Source: Octopus vulgaris
Taxonomy: Eukaryota
Assembly (NCBI GenBank): GCA_951406725.2
Contig: OX597822.1
Location: 101,184,001-101,248,000, forward strand
Length of the DNA: 64,000 bases
Reading direction: 5' to 3'
Shown: piece after piece, positions 40,699 through 54,869 of the stretch
Numbering within the stretch: the stretch's first letter is position 1
Layout of the letters: the number at the start of each line of letters is the position of its first letter
Program-made: the position numbers and the translations under genes
The notes under the pieces: generated by a model
What the model saw: only the letters and a program-made list of their open reading frames with translations
The model's database searches: none
Told to the model about the DNA's origin: nothing

Positions 40699-42396
40699 GA
40701 GGGACAAACGCAACAAAGAGAGAGAAGAGAGAGAAAGAAGGAATCAGAGAGGAGAAGGGATGGGTGTCGAAGAATGACCTGTGAGTGCAGAGCGAGACAA
40801 AGAAATAGGAGGGTAGTGGAAGACTAGACCAAAGAATCAGAGGAAAGAGAAGAGAAAAAGAGGATGAGTAGAGAGAAAAGAGAGAGAGGGGGACAGATCA
40901 AGTAAAAATGAGAGAGAGAGAGAGACAAACAGAGAGTCGTACCAATTATTAAGAATATGTGCTCACATAAATGTTAAGGGGGGTACGGGGCGCCTGGAAT
41001 ATATGTTAAGGTATGTAGAAAAATACAACATGGACAAGAACGTATAACTCTTAGAAGACGACACAATAAACACGGACAGGACATTCGAAACCCTCAGTCT
41101 TCAGTCAAGAACCGGATCATCGTAGTAATTTCGGCTGATTAATCTTGAGATTACTAGATCACGGCCAGCCCTCCAAGAAAAACCAAGCAACGAGCATTAG
41201 AAAAACTAAGCTGGAAGCGTAGATTTCCTGGAAGAAGGATCGAATGCATACGAACACCAGGACAGCAAAAGGGACAGATATAAAAAAAACAAAAAACAAT
41301 AATGGAATACAGAAACATGAAATACAGAAGCATTAACGGTGAAAACAACAGTGTCTTACGACTGATAACAAGCAAACAAATTTTTTTCTCTGGCGCAATG
41401 GAAAAAGCCTTTATAGTGGCGGACGAAAACAGCGATGTTAACAAGACGAGGGTCAGAAACTGAAAGGCAGATTTCGGCCAACAGTCACGTGACAGAGAAG
41501 AGGGAAAAGAAAAGAAAGAGAAGCAAAGGAAGAGAGAGAGAGAGGAGAGAGAGAGGAGAGAGAGAGAGGAGGGACAAACGCAACAAAGAGAGAGAAGAGA
41601 GAGAAAGAAGGAATCAGAGAGGAGAAGGGATGGGTGTCGAAGAATGACCTGTGAGTGCAGAGCGAGACAAAGAAATAGGAGGGTAGTGGAAGACTAGACC
41701 AAAGAATCAGAGGAAAGAGAAGAGAAAAAGAGGATGAGTAGAGAGAAAAGAGAGAGAGGGGGACAGATCAAGTAAAAATGAGAGAGAGAGAGAGACAAAC
41801 AGAGAGTCGTACCAATTATTAAGAATATGTGCTCACATAAATGTTAAGGGGGGTACGGGGCGCCTGGAATATATGTTAAGGTATGTAGAAAAATACAACA
41901 TGGACAAGAACGTATAACTCTTAGAAGACGACACAATAAACACGGACAGGACATTCGAAACCCTCAGTCTTCAGTCAAGAACCGGATCATCGTAGTAATT
42001 TCGGCTGATTAATCTTGAGATTACTAGATCACGGCCAGCCCTCCAAGAAAAACCAAGCAACGAGCATTAGAAAAACTAAGCTGGAAGCGTAGATTTCCTG
42101 GAAGAAGGATCGAATGCATACGAACACCAGGACAGCAAAAGGGACAGATATAAAAAAAACAAAAAACAATAATGGAATACAGAAACATGAAATACAGAAG
42201 CATTAACGGTGAAAACAACAGTGTCTTACGACTGATAACAAGCAAACAAATTTTTTCTCTGGCGCAATGGAAAAAGCCTTTATAGTGGCGGACGAAAACA
42301 GCGATGTTAACAAGACGAGGGTCAGAAACTGAAAGGCAGATTTCGGCCAACAGTCACGTGACAGAGAAGAGGGAAAAGAAAAGAAAGAGAAGCAAA

Positions 42397-42442
<46 letters not shown>

Positions 42443-42829
42443 GGACAAACGCAACAAAGAGAGAGAAGAGAGAGAAAGAAGGAATCAGAGAGGAGAAGGG
42501 ATGGGTGTCGAAGAATGACCTGTGAGTGCAGAGCGAGACAAAGAAATAGGAGGGTAGTGGAAGACTAGACCAAAGAATCAGAGGAAAGAGAAGAGAAAAA
42601 GAGGATGAGTAGAGAGAAAAGAGAGAGAGGGGGACAGATCAAGTAAAAATGAGAGAGAGAGAGAGACAAACAGAGAGTCGTACCAATTATTAAGAATATG
42701 TGCTCACATAAATGTTAAGGGGGGTACGGGGCGCCTGGAATATATGTTAAGGTATGTAGAAAAATACAACATGGACAAGAACGTATAACTCTTAGAAGAC
42801 GACACAATAAACACGGACAGGACATTCGA
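30578..42829 (-). repeat. Tandem array of 14 units of 866-871 bp plus an 83-bp partial unit; probably PLE-derived
   Basis: The same ~108-aa ORF recurs 14 times from 30726 to 42024. Units differ almost only in A/G/T homopolymers and GA tracts. Both flanks are (TA)n. Confidence 0.95.
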
Positions 42830-42834
42830 TACAC

Positions 42835-42920
<86 letters not shown>

Positions 42921-42921
42921 G

Positions 42922-42994
<73 letters not shown>

Positions 42995-43051
42995 GTATAT
43001 ATATATATATATATATACACGTATATATATATATATATATATATATACACG

Positions 43052-43087
<36 letters not shown>

Positions 43088-43096
43088 TATATATAT

Positions 43097-43566
43097 GTTC
43101 CTCATGAAGATAATATGGACACCGCTCGGGCTCGAAAATTGAACCGTTATGAAAACCTCCTCGAGGAATGTGAAGACGCAGGCTGGAAAGCGGAACATTT
43201 TCCTGTCGTAGTTTGGATGTAGAGGGTTTGTTGGACACAGCGTGAGACGACTGTTGTTATCGCTAGGCCTAACTCATCGTAAAGTCAATACCACCATGAC
43301 TGATATCCAATCTACAGTGGAGAGGGCTAGCCACTGGATTTGGTTAAAAAGAGACGATGAGCGATGGCTAGAAGTATATTGAGTTCTTCATAACCAGCTG
43401 ATCTAGCAAGCGGGACCCTCATATCAGTGAGGTGTGCAATGATGCCGTCTAGAGGTAGGCCCCGAAACGGCGCGCATTCTCTCCTGATGACCCCATACAC
43501 TTGCTAGCTTCCGATATACGGAGCTTTTAACTGGTAGCACTTGCATGTGCAAGTTGTTTGCACGAC
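43097..43566 (+). mobile_element. 3' fragment of an RLE-type (HERO-like) non-LTR retrotransposon, copy 1 (frameshifted)
   Basis: [29 protein letters not shown]; nearly identical to 44035-44502. Confidence 0.75.
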
Positions 43567-43842
43567 ATATATATATATATAAAGAACATAAATATTCATG
43601 AGAGATAATGATGTTAGTGGCCGCAAGCTAAAAACCGTATGCACAAAATCAATTGATATATATATATATAAGAATTATATATAAAACACGGAACAAAGAT
43701 AAAAGAACAGAAACGATTAGATGACTTACGTTTCAGACACATGCTCTTCAGCAGAAAGAATCGACGATGAGAGAAAAGCATGGAAAGAGAAAGGAACGTG
43801 TCTTAAATAGACAGTCATCACGAATTAAGTCTTTGCTTCTTA

Positions 43843-43934
<92 letters not shown>

Positions 43935-43960
43935 GTATATATATATATATATATATACAC

Positions 43961-44025
<65 letters not shown>

Positions 44026-44034
44026 TATATATAT

Positions 44035-44502
44035 GTTCCTCATGAAGATAATATGGACACCGCTCGGGCTCGAAAATTGAACCGTTATGAAAACCTCCTC
44101 GAGGAATGTGAAGACGCAGGCTGGAAAGCGGAACATTTTCCTATCGAAGTCGGATGTAGAGGGTTTGTTGGACACAGCGTGAGACGACTGTTGTTATCGC
44201 TAGGCCTAACTCATCGTAAAGTCAATACCACCATGACTGATATCCAATCTACAGTGGAGAGGGCTAGCCACTGGATTTGGTTAAAAAGAGACGATGAGCG
44301 ATGGCTAGAAGTATATTGAGTTCTTCATAACCAGCTGATCTAGCAAGCGGGACCTCATATCAGTGAGGTGTGCAATGATGCCGTCTAGAGGTAGGCCCCG
44401 AAACGGCGCGCATTCTCTCCTGATGACCCCATACACTTGCTAGCTTCCGATATACGGAGCTTTTAACTGGTAGCACTTGCATGTGCAAGTTGTTTGCACG
44501 AC
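44035..44502 (+). mobile_element. 3' fragment of an RLE-type (HERO-like) non-LTR retrotransposon, copy 2
   Basis: [29 protein letters not shown] fits the C-terminus of a restriction-like endonuclease domain. Confidence 0.78.
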
Positions 44503-44817
44503 ATATATATATATATAAAGAACATAAATATTCATGAGAGATAATGATGTTAGTGGCCGCAAGCTAAAAACCGTATGCACAAAATCAATTGATATATATA
44601 TATATAAGAATTATATATAAAACACGGAACAAAGATAAAAGAACAGAAACGATTAGATGACTTACGTTTCAGACACATGCTCTTCAGCAGAAAGAATCGA
44701 CGATGAGAGAAAAGCATGGAAAGAGAAAGGAACGTGTCTTAAATAGACAGTCATCACGAATTAAGTCTTTGCTTCTTATACTATTTTTTCTCTTTTTCTC
44801 TCTCTCTTTCACTCTCC

Positions 44818-44888
<71 letters not shown>

Positions 44889-45054
44889 TAATAATAAAGG
44901 GTAAAATTAATTAATCAATTAATGATTAATAATTTTACGAAGTAGTTCGGTGTGTTAAAAGAACCATTATCGGTAAAGTTATACAAAAATTCTATAATTA
45001 TGAGCATAATTATAATTAGGGTTTAGCAAAATTTGCTCATAATTATAATATGTT

Positions 45055-45093
<39 letters not shown>

Positions 45094-45617
45094 CTAGAGG
45101 ACATTATGATGCACCAGCTTTGCTAAAAATAGCAGTCAAAACTACTACTCAGAAGCCACAAAAATTAACACTACATTTTCACAGGCATGGTTGGAAAAGC
45201 ACTAAGTGAATAAGGATCGTGTCTTACCTCTGCAAAATTGCAAGAAGGGACGCCAGTTAACCTGATACCATGATTTCGAATATAGCACCAAAAACCCTTG
45301 ATTCTCTTCAACCAAGTCTACTCATAGCAACACCTATATTTCACTTCAACCAATTCCTGTGTTCGTTTCAATTTCCAAGCCATGACTGCTATTTTCAGCA
45401 AAGCTGCTGCTTCATAGCGCCTTTGTTATATATAATTCTCATATATATATTTATTAATTTTACCTATACGGTTTTTAGCTTGCAGCCACTAACATTATTA
45501 TCTCTCATGGGTATTAATGTTCTTTATATATTTATAAATTTACTCAGTTCGTTTTCTCAATGCGGCTTGGGCACTGAAACGAACACACGCATTGGTGGAA
45601 GTGATATATTTAGGCTT

Positions 45618-46566
<949 letters not shown>

Positions 46567-46859
46567 ATATATTTAGGCTTGTTATGAGTAGATTTGGCTG
46601 TAGTGAATTGAGGGCTTTTGGCGCTAAATTCGAAATCATGATACCAGGTAAACAGGCTTTCCCTCTTGCAATTTTGCAGAGGTAAGACACAATCCTTATT
46701 CACTTAGTGCTTTTCCAACCATGCCTGTGAAAATGTGGTGTTAGCTTTTGTGGCTTGTGAGTAGTTTTGACACCTAATTTTAGCAAACCCGGAGTTTCAT
46801 AGCACTCCTATATACATATATATATATATATTAATAAATAAAACATATGCATATATATA

Positions 46860-47260
46860 TATACATATATGTACGTACCTACCTCTACATGTATATATAT
46901 ACATGCATATATGAGTACGGGACACCAAAAACGTCGAACACAATGAAAAACGAAAACATAGACACAAACCCAAGGAACTGGACATTTTTCTTTAAAAAAA
47001 AAGAGTACAGGACAAATAACACAAGGAAAAAACCCCTTCTTCAATCGCTATGGTTTCATCCACTCTACGTTTCGAAGGTGAAAGCGAGACGTATCTTCGA
47101 CAAGAAAATTTCCTTCTTGCGAAAAGCAAATCAATTAAAATTTTGAGATCTTTTCGCAGAGGGGTAAAAAATGGTAACAAAAACAGGACAGTAACGACAG
47201 TACAAATTATAAACAGTAAAAGACAGGACAAGGAAAAACAAGATAAGAAGGGCTGTTAAC
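46860..47260. mobile_element. Relative of the 15735-16285 element
   Basis: GAACACAATG.AAACGAAAACATA..GAGTAC..CACAAGGAA..TTCGAAGGT..GCAGAGGGGTAAAA shared. Confidence 0.7.
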
Positions 47261-47329
47261 GCCGAACGAAAAAAAGTATATATATATATATATATATGGA
47301 GAGAGAAAGAGAGAGAGAAAGAGAGAGAA

Positions 47330-47500
47330 AATAGTATAAGAAGCAAAGACTTAATTCGTGGTGACTGTCTATTTAAGACACGTTCCTTTCTCTCTCCATG
47401 CTTTTCTCTCATCGTCGATTCTTTCTGCAGAAGAGCATGTGCCCGAAAAGTAAATCTTCTAATCGTTTCTGTTTTTTATCTTTGTTCCGTGTTTTTCTAT
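47330..47500 (+). mobile_element. PLE-type terminal fragment (reverse-oriented relatives at 43685-43847 and 44620-44800)
   Basis: AGTATAAGAAGCAAAGACTTAATTCGTG..CTTTCTGCAGAAGAGCATGTGCCCGAAA (degenerate hammerhead). Confidence 0.6.
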
Positions 47501-48253
47501 ATTTATACTACACAATACACATGCACACACACTAACGAACACACACGCACACACATACATACATACATATATATATATATATTTATATATAGATAACTTA
47601 TTGAAAAAACAGAAATTTCGCAGATGATTCGTAATGTAATTAAAACTAATTCATTAAATTATAAATACATGTGTATGTGCTCTACGCGCTATTTTTGGAG
47701 AAACTACAAAACGAATATCCACAAAACCTTATATATTATAATTCAGAAACTCACAAGGAGGTCTGGCATATCATAACATATATTTTGATATCGGAGGCAA
47801 CAGTATCTCATTTCAATTATTAAATTTTTCGTATTTCTGAATTAGGCTGAATTCATTCAAATGTGTGGAGACTATGTCGTAGGAGGACTTGTTACACATT
47901 TCAATCACATCGCCCTAAAGCGATATAGTTTGACTGTATATTTAGGCCCACGAAGGACGTCTCTGTATGGTAGCTAGTCCTCATAGGAATGTGCATAATT
48001 ATCTGGACTGTAATGATACGTTCTACTATAAACACAATCTCTCAGATTTTGTTGGGAGAGAGTCTTGAAAAGGTTGCAAGACGCAACGAACATTTTAGGA
48101 AAATAAAAATATGAATTAAGTGGAAATGTCACCGGTGAGTGTGTTAAATTATAATGCACAAAAAGAAAATGATTCTGCCGAGAGGTAACAGAACAGAATA
48201 TGCTTCAACACACGAACTCACAAAAAGAATCTTGCAAACCAAATCCAAACACG

Positions 48254-48337
<84 letters not shown>

Positions 48338-48341
<4 letters not shown>

Positions 48342-48554
48342 GAAAAGAATGGAGTCGAACGAAGATTTTAACAAAATTCCTTTACTGTCGACACATGTTT
48401 CGAAGATTGCATATTCTTAATTCCGAAGGAATAGAGTGTGCATTATGCCGTCTTCTCTTCAGGAAAGACAAGGAGCCTCTATCAGTCTCACGACGAACAA
48501 AAGCTTTTTGATGACTGCCTACAATGTAGGCAGTCGACTCCGTTCTTTTCATTT
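48338..48554 (-). mobile_element. Element with 21-bp inverted ends and a hammerhead-like core (48387-48470)
   Basis: Ends AAATGAAAAGAATGGAGTCGA and TCGACTCCGTTCTTTTCATTT. Minus strand CTGAAGA-GAAGA..TCTTC-GAAA-CATGT. Confidence 0.55.
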
Positions 48555-48704
48555 ATTCATATAAAAAAAAACACACAAATTTCCACACAGGAACACGGGG
48601 TTTTGCCCTTGGCATGTAGCTTCAACCGTGTTTTCTGACGTAAATTTGCTACCCAGGTATCGATTAACCGAATTATCTATACTAGGATAATTCATTCACC
48701 TATT

Positions 48705-48769
<65 letters not shown>

Positions 48770-49088
48770 TAGTATTATAACCCGATTTCATTCGGGTCTA
48801 CTCGGGATACATTTTAAAGATGAGGAATTTTGCTCTAGAGGCCACGCATTTCAATTGAGGAAAATCCAGTTGCTATGCAAACTCCCCACCGCTTTTAACA
48901 TGGGTGTGCATATTTTCAGGTCAATTCGACCACATTTACTAACACTTTTGACTGCACAACTGCTTGTGAGACAACGTCCGCTCTTTTCACAAATATATAG
49001 TAGATATATGTTTGTGTGTTTGTGTTTGTCTGTGTGTGTGTGTGTGTGTGTATGTGCGTGTGTGTGTGTGTGTGTATACACAAGCGCA

Positions 49089-49953
49089 CGTGGGTGTATC
49101 CAACAGAAACCGGAATTTTGCAATATTATTTTATTCACTTAGTGAAGTATATTTACACTTTCATCGCATTCAAAGTATTCCCCATTTGAAGCAATGCATC
49201 GGTCCAAGCGCTTTTTCCTCTATTCGAAGTGATGCCTTTTAACGCCTCCATCGTTTCTTTGCTTCACCTCTTCTGCGTCTTCAAATTCCGTAGTACCAGC
49301 TTTCGTCACAATAATAACCTTCGAAAAAAGGTCCGCATCAACTTCCGAAATGTTCTTTCAGTTCACGATACGCATCCACTCGTGACTGCTTTTAATCTTC
49401 CGTGATTAAGCGAGGAACAAATTTTGCTGCAACTCTTTTCATTCGCAATTCCTCACTCAAAATTCGCTGGCAGGAGCTCCAGGACACACCAGTCATAACA
49501 AGTTCGTCAATTGTTCGGTGATGGCTCTCCAGGTTCAGTTTGTGAATTTTCGTGATGTTTCCATTCGTTCGGGAGGGCCCGCCTGAACGAAGTCTTCAAG
49601 CGACAAGCGGACATTCCTTAAGCGTGGAAGCCACTCGTAAACTTGTGTTTTGCTCATGGCAGCGTCCTTTAAGCCGTTTGAAGCATGACAACTGTTTCGC
49701 CGCCGTTTTCCCCAGCAGAAAATAGTTTCACGCAAGCACACTGTTCCTTCGTTTCAACCGTCGCGAAAATCGATGAACAAGGGAAAAGCACTGCAAACAA
49801 AGATGCACCACGTGACATTATAACTATACCTGACAACGCCATTCTGCAGACTGATGCCTGACGATTGCCCCAAGTGGCTCCGAGCCGTGGAGGTCTAAAC
49901 AGCAAAGGGTTTGTCCCAGAGTGAATGCTTCCGTTTAATTATAGGTACCGCTC

Positions 49954-49955
<2 letters not shown>
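49089..49955 (-). mobile_element. Old, deleted mariner remnant
   Basis: Frameshifted N-terminal HTH peptide EQCACVK..ETVVMLQTA..DAAMSKTQVYEW..SLED; weak TIRs. Confidence 0.65.
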
Positions 49956-50002
<47 letters not shown>

Positions 50003-50003
<1 letters not shown>

Positions 50004-50216
50004 TCTTTACTCTTACTCTTTTACTTGTTTCAGTCATTTGACTGCGGCCATGCTGGAGCACCGCCTTTAGTCGAGCAAATCGACCCCAGGACTTATTCTT
50101 TGTAAGCCCAGTACTTATTCTATCGGTCTCTTTTGCCGAACCGCTAAATGACGGAGACGTAAACACACCAGCATCGGTTGTCAAGCAATGCTAGGGGGAC
50201 AAACACAGACAAACAA

Positions 50217-50265
<49 letters not shown>

Positions 50266-50430
50266 TACGACAGGCTTCTTTCAGTTTCCGTCTACCAAAT
50301 CCACTCACAAGGCATTGGTCAGCCCGGGGCTATAGCAGAAGACACTTGCCCAAGATGCCACGCAGTGGGACTGAACCCGGAACCATGTGGTTGGTTAGCA
50401 AGCTACATACCACACAGCCACTCCTGCGCC
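50003..50430 (-). mobile_element. SINE family B, full length
   Basis: Reverse complement of the 22396-22840 consensus; very similar to 58927-59340. Confidence 0.9.
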
Positions 50431-50845
50431 TATATACATATAAGTTCAGTAAAGTTTAGATTCAGTTAAATATGGTACTTAAGTTAAATTCACCAGAATT
50501 TGGTATGGTATTATCCATATAATTCAAAAAGGGGTGATTACAATCAAAGTAAGCAACAAGTATATCCAGACATAATGCATTACCGTATTTCTGAATTAGG
50601 CTGAATTCATTCAAATGTGTGGAGACTATGTCGCAGGAGGACTTGTTACAAATTTCAATCACATCGCCCTAAAGCGATATAGTTTGACTGTATATTTAGG
50701 CCCACGAAGGACGTCTCTGTATGGTAGCTAGTCCTCATAGGAATGTGCATAATTATCTGGACTGTAATGATACGTTCTACTATAAACACAATCTCTCAGA
50801 TTTTGTTGGGAGAGAGTCTTGGATATCCTTGTTGCTTATTTTGAT

Positions 50846-50912
<67 letters not shown>

Positions 50913-51351
50913 TTTCCTTCCGGTAATCATCGGTACAGAATGTTATGATAGTAACTGCTTAAAACATATCAATGAACGACACTGGATAGCACGAACTGTA
51001 CACATACAACTTGTATGGGTAACGGTAAAAGTGCGCAAGAGTTTCTTAAACACCGATATATAAGAACAATCGTCGTGTTTATCCAAAATCCATTGATGCA
51101 AACAATGTTTTATTTGGTTACACGTATTCCTTGAAATAAAGAAAAAAAACATACATGCATTATACATACACGCGCACGTACAGACAGAAGACACCCTCAT
51201 GCACGAACACATACAAATAAACATACATATAATGTATGTATATATACATATATATATATATACATACATACATGCATATATATATATATATACATACATA
51301 CATACATGCATATATATATATTCAATATGTGACCGCGTGTGTATATATATA

Positions 51352-51384
<33 letters not shown>

Positions 51385-51390
51385 TCAATA

Positions 51391-51596
51391 TGTGACCGCG
51401 TGTGTATCGTTGGCGATTTTTTCTTCCGTCTTCCCTTCCTTGGATCTTTCCTTTACCTATGATTCTGACGAAGAGCCTCCGCACGAAACGTTAAACGTTC
51501 CTTCTTTCTTTCCTTTTCTGAGCGTCCAATAATACTATACTTGTTCCACGTCATCGCGTTGTTGTGTTTTCTCTTTGTGTTTTCATGCTTGGATTA

Positions 51597-51600
<4 letters not shown>
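51391..51600 (+). mobile_element. PLE-type terminal fragment with a degenerate hammerhead (51461-51496)
   Basis: GTGACCGCGTGTGTA..TTGGCGATTTT..CTGACGAAGAGCCTCCGCACGAAACGTTAAAC. Confidence 0.65.
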
Positions 51601-51628
<28 letters not shown>

Positions 51629-51750
51629 AGTATATGTATTTGTGTGTATATATTTACATACATATATATGCATATATATATGTATATATACGTATATATA
51701 TGCATATATATATATACGTATATATACTTGTATATGTATATATATGTGTT

Positions 51751-51783
<33 letters not shown>

Positions 51784-51895
51784 ATTTATATATACATATA
51801 TACATACACACACTTATATGTATACATATACATATGTATATATGAATATATACATATATATAAATACATAGATACATAGATACATACATACATAC

Positions 51896-51974
<79 letters not shown>

Positions 51975-52403
51975 TACACATATACACATATCTACACACA
52001 CATTGTTCATATAATGATTTCTACTAAAATAAATTTCAATTTGAAACCCTCTTGGGAAATGAATGTTGAGGTGAGTGATGCTCATTGGATTTAGAAGAAG
52101 CCATGAAGTACCAATGTTTTCAAGTATCCTCACACAATCATCAAGGCATAAGTGTTGAGCTCGGGGCGAATCGCTTCTGTGGCCTTCTGTCAATTGTGTT
52201 TTGAAAACTATTTCATTTGGAGTTCAATTTCTCAGAGGAAGACACCAGCGTAATACGATTTCATTTGCGTGATCTCATGTGCGTATGGAGGAATGAAATG
52301 CTCTCAAGTGTTTTGTAGATACCTTAACAAATTTATTGACCTGAGATATTTCAGACTGCGCTAATTAAGTTACTTTATGTCAAATATTTCAAAGCGATCT
52401 ATC

Positions 52404-52539
52404 CATGTATGTATGTATGTATGTATGTATGTATGTATGTATGTATGTATGTATGTATGTATGTATGTATGTATGTATGTATGTATGTATGTATGTTCGT
52501 GTGTATGTATGTTCGTGTGTATGTATGTATGTATGTATG

Positions 52540-52616
<77 letters not shown>

Positions 52617-52657
52617 CTCTATCTCTCTATCTCTCTTTCTATCCATCTGCCTGTCTG

Positions 52658-52715
<58 letters not shown>
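52404..52715. repeat. Compound (TATG)n/(TATC)n microsatellite
   Basis: Direct inspection. Confidence 0.95.
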
Positions 52716-52716
<1 letters not shown>

Positions 52717-52807
52717 GTTCTAGCTATCTATCTATTTATCTGTCTGTCTGTCAACACCCAGACACACCCAGACACACGTCCACATACCCCCCATATATAT
52801 ATATATA

Positions 52808-53300
52808 CAGGGTAACCCCGCCCAAAATAGAAACCACAATTTTTTTAATATAACTATTAATGTTAATTTTTATTTTCTTCTTCAGAGTATACGAATCGAC
52901 TTAGTGGATGAAAGATAGGAACAATTGTCTACTCCACCATGTCTTGGTCAACCAAAGAAAATACATTTTTATCTGTAGGGGTATCTCAAGGATAATGATT
53001 ACCAGAACAACCCTCAAACGATTGGTGAACTGAAGGCAGCAATCATAGCAGAAATCAGGGAAGTCTCCAAAGAGGAATCTGTTCGAGTAATTGACAATTT
53101 TGCGCAACGTATGAAAGTGTGCCTCCAAAGCCATGGAGGTCATTTGGAGAATATTTTGAAAAGAACATGAATTTTATGCAAAGGGAATGATCGTTACACA
53201 GACCGAAGTTTAAGTCCAATAAATTTCAAGAAATTTGATGAACCTTTGTAAGATTTAATAACATTTTTATCGCTTTTTTTTTGGGTGGGGGGGTCACCGT
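52808..53300 (+). mobile_element. Deleted Tc1/mariner element (transposase C-terminus only)
   Basis: (TA)CAGGGTAACCCCGCCCAAAA and a degenerate TTTTGGGTGGGGGGGTCACCG. Peptide FYL*GYLKD..NPQTIGELKAAI..NFAQRMKVCLQSHGGHLENI. Confidence 0.7.
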
Positions 53301-53369
53301 TTATATATACATATATATATATGTGTATGTATGTATGTATACCCTTTCACACACACATATTATTTTATT

Positions 53370-53570
53370 CCTTTACTTGTTTCAGTCAATTGCCTGTGGC
53401 CATGCTGCAACACCGCCGTAAAGGGTTTTAGTTGAAGAAATAGATCCCAGGCATTATTCTATGTAAGCCTAGTGCTTATTATAGCGGACACTTACAGGGA
53501 CGTAAACACACCAACATCGGTTACAACGATGATTGAGGGACAAACGCAGACACAAAAGCACATACACACA
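53370..53570 (-). mobile_element. SINE family B, degenerate 3' half
   Basis: TTTACTTGTTTCAGTCAATTGCCTGTGGCCATGCTGCAACACCGCC. Confidence 0.7.
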
Positions 53571-53580
53571 AAAGGTACAT

Positions 53581-53617
<37 letters not shown>

Positions 53618-53627
53618 ATTATTATAA

Positions 53628-53759
53628 GTAGAAAAATACAAACTGGGACAAGAACGCAAAACACTTAGAAGACGATACAAAAAACACGGACGGGACATTC
53701 GAAGCCCTCAATCTTCAGTCAAGAACCAGATCATCCTAGCAATTTCGGCTGATTAATCT

Positions 53760-53762
<3 letters not shown>
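53628..53762 (-). mobile_element. Diverged solo fragment of the 870-bp array unit terminus
   Basis: GTAGAAAAATACAA..GGACAAGAACG..CTTAGAAGACGA..GGACATTCGAA..TCTTCAGTCAAGAACC..AATTTCGGCTGATTAATCTTGA, flanked by TA/TTA repeats. Confidence 0.85.
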
Positions 53763-53825
<63 letters not shown>

Positions 53826-54826
53826 CAGGCTGAGTAAAAGTAAGCAACGTTTTGAAACATAAAATTCATGTAATAAATAGTGGCATGACACTATATGTAG
53901 CGGTTATAAGACTTTAGCAGTATCATTACTTCATAGTCGTGTCGGCTGTCTTTTGTCTATAAATGTCTTACGCTTTTTTCTTTGGTCGATTTGACTGTCC
54001 ACACGTCGATTGTAATCTTCGTGAAAAGTTTCTTTTCCATGCGGAAAGGTCCTTAGAATCGGGTCTACGGCAGTTATAAAATCCCTGATTTTTGTGAAAT
54101 TATTCAGTGACACTCGGTTTGCCACACGGGGACATTGGCAATCATTCTGGCGATGCTATTTGGCATCGTTCATCCTTCGTAATCTTATGTCATGCCTTTC
54201 TCAATCTTTTTAGAGTAGTTTTGAGGAAGTAGTTACGAAAACTCTTCCTGTCGTCATTCTAGCGACAGACTCCTTTGAAAAAATATTTTTTTCTTTTTTA
54301 TGCTAAGTACTACAATGTTTCTTATTACTATTATGTTGTAATAAATTCATATTATATATTTTGACTTTTCTGCAAATAAACGATTGGTGTTAAATCCAAT
54401 CCTTCTCTTGATAGTTATCTGTACGAACTCTCATCGTATTATTATAAGGAAAATGAATTAGCTAAAGCTTTATCTGTATATACCTTATGAAGTTGTACTC
54501 AAACCTTTGTCAAAGAGAGAATACACTCAACCCAGAATGAAGAAACGAAATAATATTCTTAAGATAAACATGACTTCTTAATTTCGCTTCCACTGATATC
54601 TTCACCTTGTTATCAAAAACACATTTTCTTATCGTATTTGTACTCTCTTGTAGCGGTGATGTGATGTTAGTGAAATGTCGGTATCTTCAACATGCATGCC
54701 GGACGCCATTACGAGTGTATATTACTTCTAGCATTCTGTCTACGCCTCGCAACTAAATAATTGATAACCCGACATATCACCCAACACCCACGGTTGTACA
54801 CATATTTAAATATTCTGTATATTAAA

Positions 54827-54869
<43 letters not shown>

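Noticed and set aside
30578-42829. CRISPR array or rRNA/snRNA/histone tandem cluster
   Set aside because: There are no unique spacers, and I recognise no 5S, U-snRNA, spliced-leader or histone sequence in the unit. An Rfam search would make this definitive.
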